Shown piece by piece: positions 52,943 to 59,099 of a DNA stretch of 59,099 nt; positions within the stretch are counted from its first letter, which is position 1; each line of letters begins with the position of its first letter. The notes below the pieces were generated by a model, which saw only the letters and a list, made by a program, of their open reading frames with translations, was not told where the DNA came from and searched no databases. The position numbers were made by a program, and so were the translations under genes. Source of the stretch: Leptolyngbyales cyanobacterium (GTDB lineage: Bacteria > Cyanobacteriota > Cyanobacteriia > Leptolyngbyales > Leptolyngbyaceae); NCBI GenBank assembly GCA_038208945.1, contig JBBQYE010000001.1, forward strand, positions 1 through 59,099, given 5' to 3'.

Positions 52943-53865
52943 GGTGTTTTTGATTGGGTTTGAATAAGCTGAAGAAAAACTTCGGTTAGGTTAGCTTGCT
53001 CTTTTTCGACTCGGATTAGAGGAAGCGGCTGGAGAATGTGCAAAACCTCGTACAAGATCTCTGTTTCTCGGATCAGGATCGTTTTTTCGGTGACAATCGC
53101 GCCCGAATTCTGAATTTTGCTAGTGCGATCGCGATCTAGTTCGTGCTCTAGTTCCACCACATAAGCGTTGCCCGAAAATCGTCGAATTAGTTCCCCGGTC
53201 GATTCTTCAGCCACGATCGCGCCCTGGTTGATGATCGCGACACGATCGGAGAGTTCTTCTGCAATATCTAATTGATGAGTCGTCAACAGAATGGCTCGTC
53301 CTTCGCTGGCAATCTCTCGAATCAGGCGCTTTACTGTTTGAGTGGCTTCAACATCTAACCCCAGCGTTGGCTCATCGAGAAGTAATAGCTGTGGCTCGTG
53401 AATCAGGGCAACGGCGATCGCCAGTTTTTGGTGCATTCCTCGCGATAAAGTCAGAACCGGAGCGTTGCGTTTATCAGATAGCTCAAATCGCTCTAGCAGG
53501 TCTCGTCCGCGCTGTCGCGCCACTTTGGGACTCAAGCCTCGCAGTACGCCGAAATATTCTAAATTCTCGATCGGGGTCAGTCGCCAATAGAGATTGCGGT
53601 TGCCTTCTAAAACGGCTCCGAGCGATCGCAGCGCCTCAGCGTCTCGGTGAGGATTGCGCCCATTGATTTTGACATCGCCACGATCGGGCAAAATCAGCCC
53701 CGCAATCATCTTAATCGTGGTTGTTTTTCCGGCTCCGTTGGGTCCTAAAAACGCCAGCACTTCTTGCCCAGCGATGTTTAACGACACATCTCTCACTGCT
53801 TGGGCAATCTTTTTGCGGGACGATCGATAGGTTTTTTGAAGGTGTTGCACCTCAAGTATCTGCAT
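52936..53865 (-). CDS. ABC transporter ATP-binding protein
   Basis: GPNGAGKTT, LSRGM and LLLDEPT; start placed at MQILEV. Confidence 0.93.
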   Translation of the reverse strand: MQILEVQHLQKTYRSSRKKIAQAVRDVSLNIAGQEVLAFLGPNGAGKTTTIKMIAGLILPDRGDVKINGRNPHRDAEALRSLGAVLEGNRNLYWRLTPIENLEYFGVLRGLSPKVARQRGRDLLERFELSDKRNAPVLTLSRGMHQKLAIAVALIHEPQLLLLDEPTLGLDVEATQTVKRLIREIASEGRAILLTTHQLDIAEELSDRVAIINQGAIVAEESTGELIRRFSGNAYVVELEHELDRDRTSKIQNSGAIVTEKTILIRETEILYEVLHILQPLPLIRVEKEQANLTEVFLQLIQTQSKTPC

Positions 53866-53921
53866 AAATTTAAGTGTAGATGAGTGATATGGATAAAAAT
53901 GCAGTGAGTCATCAAGAAAAT

Positions 53922-54060
53922 CTGGCGTTGCTGAATGCAGATATGAAATGCCCTCTCCCAAAGGGAGAAGGGACCAGAGTTCTGGCTCCCTTCTCCCTTT
54001 GGGAGAGGGCTAGGGTGAGGGTAAAATCTGTGCTTCTTATAGATCGATTTAGCAATGCCG
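53922..54060. repeat. REP-type palindrome within a MITE-like element
   Basis: GCCCTCTCCCAAAGGGAGAAGGGA...TCCCTTCTCCCTTTGGGAGAGGGC (53950-54010), flanked by the imperfect IR GGCGTTGCTGAAT / ATTTAGCAATGCC. Confidence 0.8.
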
Positions 54061-54263
54061 CAAATCTCTTACTTTGTCTTTTCCCCAAAAAGACCAAGGC
54101 AAAATCCTTCTCTAAGGGGAAACGCCAACCAGATTTGTGTAGTATATTAAAAATTGTAACAGGGCAAGTGCAGTTTTACCTAAAAGTGCTCCTAGAAGCG
54201 CTGCCCAAAACCGATGAATGGTTAGCTTACTGACCACCACCTACTCCTGCGAGGAGCACTCTC

Positions 54264-54803
54264 ATGACAACATCTTTACAGTTTCAATCGACGACAAGCG
54301 AAGCCCTGATTGCAGCCTTCTTTCAACGATCGGAGGGCGAATGGCGCTCTGAGCGGCGTTATTACACCTTGCCCGACGGCGAATCTAAAGAAATGGTCAG
54401 CTTGGTCAAGATTCGCTTTTTAGAGTCAGGATGTTTAGAACTGCGAGACCTGGCTCGACTTCACCAATTAACCGACGAAACTATCATGACCTGCGGAGCC
54501 GCTGTCACTTGGGATAGTGAAAATTCGGTTTCGGGTAAGAAAGAGTCTAAAGGCTCGACGTTATTTGGCGTGTTGGGAACAACCCTATATCGCGATCGTG
54601 GGTTTGCTACTCCTAAACCCGTGACGGCTGAATTTTACTTCACCAACCCTGAGACTCTGTGTCTGAAAACCGAATATAAAGACTCAGTGTTTGAGGAAGA
54701 GTTAAAGCTGGTGGGTCATAAATATCGAACCCGACAGACGATCATTTCTCGTGCAGGTGAGCAGCAAATGATTGGTCAATATTTAGAGAAGCGCATTTGC
54801 TAA
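54264..54803 (+). CDS. CpcS/CpeS-family phycobiliprotein lyase (CpcV-like)
   Basis: FF..S.G.W.SERRYY, RDRGF, FEEE...G..YRTR. Confidence 0.85.
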   Translation: MTTSLQFQSTTSEALIAAFFQRSEGEWRSERRYYTLPDGESKEMVSLVKIRFLESGCLELRDLARLHQLTDETIMTCGAAVTWDSENSVSGKKESKGSTLFGVLGTTLYRDRGFATPKPVTAEFYFTNPETLCLKTEYKDSVFEEELKLVGHKYRTRQTIISRAGEQQMIGQYLEKRIC

Positions 54804-54819
54804 GTCTGAAAACGGGATT

Positions 54820-54920
54820 GATGGTAAGACGCGTTTCGGCTCCGCTCAAAACCAGAATCTCCAGCGAGCTGAACGAAGTCGAAACCCACAAACTAACTTT
54901 AACTGAGCCTGCCTACTTAA
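54820..54920 (+). repeat. Dispersed repeat family, copy 3 (diverged)
   Basis: GGTAAGACGCGTTTCGGCTCCGCTCAA...TGAACGAAGTCGAAACCC matches copies 1 and 2. Confidence 0.75.
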
Positions 54921-54944
54921 CACTCAATCTAACCCTCCTGATGA

Positions 54945-55301
54945 TCACCAAGCCCCTCTAACCACCGGAGCCGAAGGGGCAGGAGAGTTTGCGTTAGGGT
55001 CAGAATTAATAGGAGCCGTTCCATCAACTCCTTTATTGGGTTGATTGGTCGTGTTGGGTAGCTGTGCTGTGTTGCTGCTGCCCTGATTACCTGTCCCGTA
55101 GTTTTGGGTGCTTGCCCCGTTACTTTGAGTGCCTTGACCGTTTTGCTGATTGTTAGTGGAGGTCGGCGGATTAGTTGCACCGTCGCTAGCAAGTTGATTA
55201 TTGCTGCGACTGTTGAAGGGAAACACGCCAGCGATATTTAAAATCCATGCCATGGCGATCGCAACCAACGTGCCCCCAATAATTCTGCCAGGAAAATTCA
55301 T
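54945..55301 (-). CDS. Hypothetical protein: N-terminal TM/signal, N/Q/S/T-rich, C-terminal VRGAW
   Basis: ATG start, hydrophobic N-terminus, low-complexity body. Confidence 0.7.
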   Translation of the reverse strand: MNFPGRIIGGTLVAIAMAWILNIAGVFPFNSRSNNQLASDGATNPPTSTNNQQNGQGTQSNGASTQNYGTGNQGSSNTAQLPNTTNQPNKGVDGTAPINSDPNANSPAPSAPVVRGAW

Positions 55302-55398
55302 AATCTCTTGCCAACAGTTTAGTTATCTGTAACTTACCTAAGTTTCTATTAAAACACTTGGCACAGAGGATAGAGTCTAATCTCTACCCTGCGATTTT

Positions 55399-55722
55399 CT
55401 AAACGGGCTGGTTGCCCTGCCCCCAAAAGCCATCAAACTTAGTGACTTGCAGATCGCCCATCACCTGAACCTGACAGGCAAGCCGTCGAGTCGTTCCTGC
55501 ACCGTGAGGCGGCAAAGATAATCTGGCTTTCTCACGCCAGCCGATCGGAGACACGTTTCCCTGAATCTCAACTGCGCAGGTGCCACACGTACCCAAACCA
55601 TGACAATTGATAACAGTCGCGCTTCCGTTGTAGAGGTCAATCTTGTTCTGGAGAAGCACCTGACGGAGGTTATCTCCGACCGCGCACTCAATGGTTTTTC
55701 CTTGAACACTGATTTTAGGCAT
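55399..55722 (-). CDS. 2Fe-2S ferredoxin-like protein
   Basis: C.G.G.CGTC and RLACQ; AGGTG RBS before MPKISV. Confidence 0.92.
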   Translation of the reverse strand: MPKISVQGKTIECAVGDNLRQVLLQNKIDLYNGSATVINCHGLGTCGTCAVEIQGNVSPIGWREKARLSLPPHGAGTTRRLACQVQVMGDLQVTKFDGFWGQGNQPV

Positions 55723-56085
55723 ATCACCTGCACCTTTTCTAAAGTAGCTACTACATTGTCCCAGTTTTGAGAAGTTCTCGGTGAACAATCGTCAATTAAC
55801 GCGAGAAATGGCTCTCAGCGCTGAACAACGTGGGCACAGGCAACATCGAAGCGTCTTATCACGCTGTGGTAGAAGGATGAAGTGTAGTTGGGTGTTGCAA
55901 AACCAAGCAAAAGCCGCATTAGTGTCTTAAAAGGAGAACGATCGCAGCCTTTTGGCGTGTTCCAAAGTTCAAAAAGCACGATAACATGAGAAGTTGAAAA
56001 GAAGTTTCCTGACACAGCAACCATCTACGTCTTGCTAGGAAGCCACCCCAGAAATCACCACAATTTGATCATGATTAAGGAAGGA

Positions 56086-56307
56086 ATGAACACACAAGTT
56101 GCTCACCCAATGGTGAAGCTACAGCGTCAGGTGCGATCGCTCATCGACTCAAAGCTGCTTAAACCCAGCGACAGTCTCTGGAAGATTGCACTCCTCTACG
56201 GCGATGAGTGGGCTTATTGGAAACAAGAGCTACTCTCATTTGATTTCACGATGCAAGATCCCGTTAGCGAGCTACTCTCGGTAGACGCATGGGACGAAGA
56301 AGATTAG
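56086..56307 (+). CDS. DUF4327-family protein
   Basis: HPMVKLQRQVRSL...W..WKQEL..FDF. Confidence 0.82.
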   Translation: MNTQVAHPMVKLQRQVRSLIDSKLLKPSDSLWKIALLYGDEWAYWKQELLSFDFTMQDPVSELLSVDAWDEED

Positions 56308-56324
56308 GAGGCTTGAGTCTACCG

Positions 56325-57932
56325 TCACCACAACTGGTCTAGATTAGGTCTGACTTTCGCTCGAATCACGATCGCCGTGATGTTGTCGTGACCATTATAT
56401 TGATTGGCAAGCTCGACGAGTTGACTGACTCCTTGCTCAAGGTTAGTCAGTGAGCTGATCAGGGGGTCAATGTGAGTCTCGCGGTGCGTCTCGAGCAAAT
56501 CATTGTCGGTCAAGCCGTCCGACGCGAGAATCAGCACCATATCTTCGTTAATTTCAAAAAACTGAATATCGGGACTGATAAAGCTTTCGTCGCGGGGTCC
56601 TAGCGCTTGAGTCAACTGGTAGGCATCGGGGCGACTATAGGCAGCCGTGGCTTCTGTGCCGCGCTGAATTTCTCGCTGACCGACTTCATGGTCGATCGTC
56701 ACCTGCTTTAAGCCTCCTTTGCGGCTGTAGCGATAGAGGCGACTGTCTCCGACATGGGCGACCGCCGCCTCGGTGTCTTGAATCAGCAGCATCACCATCG
56801 TGGTGCCCATTCTGCCGCTGCCCGATCGAGCGTTTTGCTGGTTGACATCATAGATGGCTGTGTTGGCTAGCTGCACGGCTTCACGAATCACGTTTAAGGG
56901 AGGAAGCCCAGTGGCATTAACGCCTGCATTCTGCCAATAGTCTCGAAAATAGTGACGCAGGGTGTCTACTGCTAACTGGCTGGCGACTTCACCACTGGCA
57001 TGTCCGCCCATGCCATCGCAAAGAATATAGAGTGCCTGTGCTCGAACCGTTTTGCCAAACGGAATTTGAATTTTTGCAATCTTGGTGTCAATGCCGAAAC
57101 AGTCTTCGTTGTGATCGCGAGTCCGTCCGATGTCAGTTCTGCCTGCGTCTTCGAGGCTAAATAGCTGCATGGGCAAGACGATCGTCGGCATGTCGTCTCC
57201 GTCTTCTTCGGGTTGTAGGGTGACGGCTTCGGCTTCTAAGTCTTCGTCCTCAAACCTTTCGAGCGGAACATTGCTGGGGTCGGGGGCTGGCAGATCTTGA
57301 GAGTTGGGCATGATCTCGATTTCAGTAAAACTTGCTTGCATTTCGTGCGCGATCGCTTCAAGGCGCAATTTGATCTCATCGGTTGTGATTAGTTTACCCA
57401 CTTGCAGATCAGCAATCAGCAAATGTAGGGCTGCCAGTCGAGTTTGAGAAAGTTGGTTGAGTAGAAACTGCCAGGTTTCACCTAGATCTTGCAGCGATGG
57501 CGCGGGGGTTTCTTCCAGAAACAATTTCTGTAGGCACAATATCTGATCTTCATCAACTCGCAGGTTTTTGGGGTCTAGCAAGCTTTGCCGACAGTGCAAG
57601 GGTTCTAATGCTTCCCAAATCGCGACCATTTCATAAAACCAGTACAGGACTTGGAGTATGGATAGGTCGCGATCGCTTGCAAAGCGATCAACTAATAAAG
57701 GGAGGTGCGATCGATCTTCTAGCAAGAGAGCGTCTTCGCCCGACCCCCAGGCATCGTGAACCTGGGGAATGACTTGGTGAAGCTGCGATCGCAGCGTTAA
57801 ATAAATTTGCATATCGACCTCGCCCTGAGTGTCACAACTCAGACAAGCTTCTTCGGTCAAAGAGATGCCACACTCTTGACAAAATTTATTTACATCAGGG
57901 TTCTCAAACTGACACTGTGGGCAGACAAGCAT
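56325..57932 (-). CDS. PP2C-type Ser/Thr phosphatase with N-terminal zinc ribbon
   Basis: CPQC...FCQECG; NED, CDGMGGH, HVGDSR, SDGL and DNIT. Confidence 0.93.
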   Translation of the reverse strand: MLVCPQCQFENPDVNKFCQECGISLTEEACLSCDTQGEVDMQIYLTLRSQLHQVIPQVHDAWGSGEDALLLEDRSHLPLLVDRFASDRDLSILQVLYWFYEMVAIWEALEPLHCRQSLLDPKNLRVDEDQILCLQKLFLEETPAPSLQDLGETWQFLLNQLSQTRLAALHLLIADLQVGKLITTDEIKLRLEAIAHEMQASFTEIEIMPNSQDLPAPDPSNVPLERFEDEDLEAEAVTLQPEEDGDDMPTIVLPMQLFSLEDAGRTDIGRTRDHNEDCFGIDTKIAKIQIPFGKTVRAQALYILCDGMGGHASGEVASQLAVDTLRHYFRDYWQNAGVNATGLPPLNVIREAVQLANTAIYDVNQQNARSGSGRMGTTMVMLLIQDTEAAVAHVGDSRLYRYSRKGGLKQVTIDHEVGQREIQRGTEATAAYSRPDAYQLTQALGPRDESFISPDIQFFEINEDMVLILASDGLTDNDLLETHRETHIDPLISSLTNLEQGVSQLVELANQYNGHDNITAIVIRAKVRPNLDQLW

Positions 57933-58113
57933 TTGGGTCTTTCTAAACATTCTGGGTGGAGCGTTCTACCAATCTTACGCAAAATTTCTCTGAGTCACAG
58001 GTCTGTAAAGATTCACTGAAGGTTTCGGGGAGTTAGGGGTCTGATGTTAGAGAAGTGAGGTTCCGGTTCCCGCTAGAATAGGGGAGTATGCCCCGCTATA
58101 ATTCTGAAATTTT

Positions 58114-59099
58114 ATGACGACTGCTGCGCCAGCCAAAACCCAGTATGAAGCGATTATCGGGCTAGAAACTCACTGTCAGTTAAGCACCGAAACGAAAATC
58201 TTTTCTGACAGTTCTGCCAAGTTTACGACTGAGCCAAACACTCACATTGACCCGATTTGTATGGGAATGCCGGGGGTGTTGCCTGTGCTCAACCAAAAAG
58301 TTTTGGAGTATGCGGTCAAAGCAGGACTGGCGCTCAACTGTCAGATTGCGCCTTATAGCAAGTTCGATCGCAAACAATATTTTTATCCTGATCTGCCCAA
58401 AAACTATCAGATTTCTCAATTTGATCTCCCGATCGCTGAACACGGTTGGGTTGAAATCGAGCTTCTGGATGCAGAAAACAATCCGGTGCGTAAACGGATC
58501 GGAGTGACTCGTCTGCACATGGAAGAAGATGCCGGAAAACTTGTGCACGGCGGCAGCGACCGGCTCTCAGGTTCGACTTACTCGCTGGTGGACTATAACC
58601 GAGCAGGCGTTCCGCTCGTTGAGATTGTCTCAGAGCCGGATTTGCGATCGGGGCAAGAAGCCGCCGAATATGCTCAAGAGGTGCGGCGAATTATGCGCTA
58701 TTTAGGAGTCAGCGATGGCAATATGCAAGAGGGTTCGCTGCGCTGTGATGTGAATATCTCGGTGCGTCCGATCGGGCGAAAAGAGTTTGGCACCAAAGTC
58801 GAAATCAAAAATATGAACTCTTTCAACGCCATTCAACGGGCGATCGAGCATGAGATTGAGCGGCAAATTGCAGCGATCGAATCGGGCGAACGCATTCTGC
58901 AAGAAACGCGCTTGTGGGAGGAAGGATCGCAGCGCACGATTAGTATGCGAATCAAAGAAGGCTCCAGTGATTATCGCTATTTCCCTGAGCCAGATTTAGG
59001 TGCGATCGAAGTCCCGTCTGAGCAGTTAGACCACTGGCGCAGTGAATTGCCCGAACTGCCCTATCAAAAGCGTCCTCGCTACGAAGCCGATTTTGGACT
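58114..59099 (+). CDS. gatB: Asp-tRNA(Asn)/Glu-tRNA(Gln) amidotransferase subunit B, 3'-truncated by the window edge; not in the ORF track
   Basis: Manual translation gives [23 protein letters not shown]...[19 protein letters not shown]...HMEEDAGK. Confidence 0.97.
   Translation, partial: MTTAAPAKTQYEAIIGLETHCQLSTETKIFSDSSAKFTTEPNTHIDPICMGMPGVLPVLNQKVLEYAVKAGLALNCQIAPYSKFDRKQYFYPDLPKNYQISQFDLPIAEHGWVEIELLDAENNPVRKRIGVTRLHMEEDAGKLVHGGSDRLSGSTYSLVDYNRAGVPLVEIVSEPDLRSGQEAAEYAQEVRRIMRYLGVSDGNMQEGSLRCDVNISVRPIGRKEFGTKVEIKNMNSFNAIQRAIEHEIERQIAAIESGERILQETRLWEEGSQRTISMRIKEGSSDYRYFPEPDLGAIEVPSEQLDHWRSELPELPYQKRPRYEADFG

Noticed and set aside
53880-54233. 117-aa and 61-aa ORFs, and the 5' extension of the ABC ATPase to 53961
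   Set aside because: They run through the palindromic repeat and are artefacts of it.

Overview
Cyanobacterial chromosomal segment: GCGATCGC/HIP1 sites are frequent, and it carries petH with a CpcD domain, prk, a CpcS-family lyase and a CAAD-containing ValRS, which suggests a filamentous Leptolyngbya-like organism (inference). Most of the window is housekeeping DNA: an HtrA protease, two M16 peptidases, 6S RNA, hisG, lpdA, trpC, petH/prk, valS, recN, a CyaB-type adenylate cyclase, the pncB-nadD-nrtR-nadE operon with an NrtR box, sir, rsmE and a partial gatB. The left end has a cobalamin riboswitch-cbtB unit whose next gene is cut by an ISAs1 element. The main accessory feature is an island between nadE and sir (about 38.7-45.5 kb) that reads as an integron-like cassette array with no integrase in the window. 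It contains an attI-like site, a 3.9-kb cassette encoding an HTH/repeat-SF2 helicase-Rrp8-like methyltransferase fusion whose two ends are exactly complementary over 11 bp, two well-formed attC sites plus one collapsed site, small-protein/aspartyl-protease genes and a duplicated 117-bp tail. Where intI would normally lie there is instead a possible antisense-RNA / leader-peptide / RBS-sequestered gene module. All calls come from reading the sequence; no database search was run.
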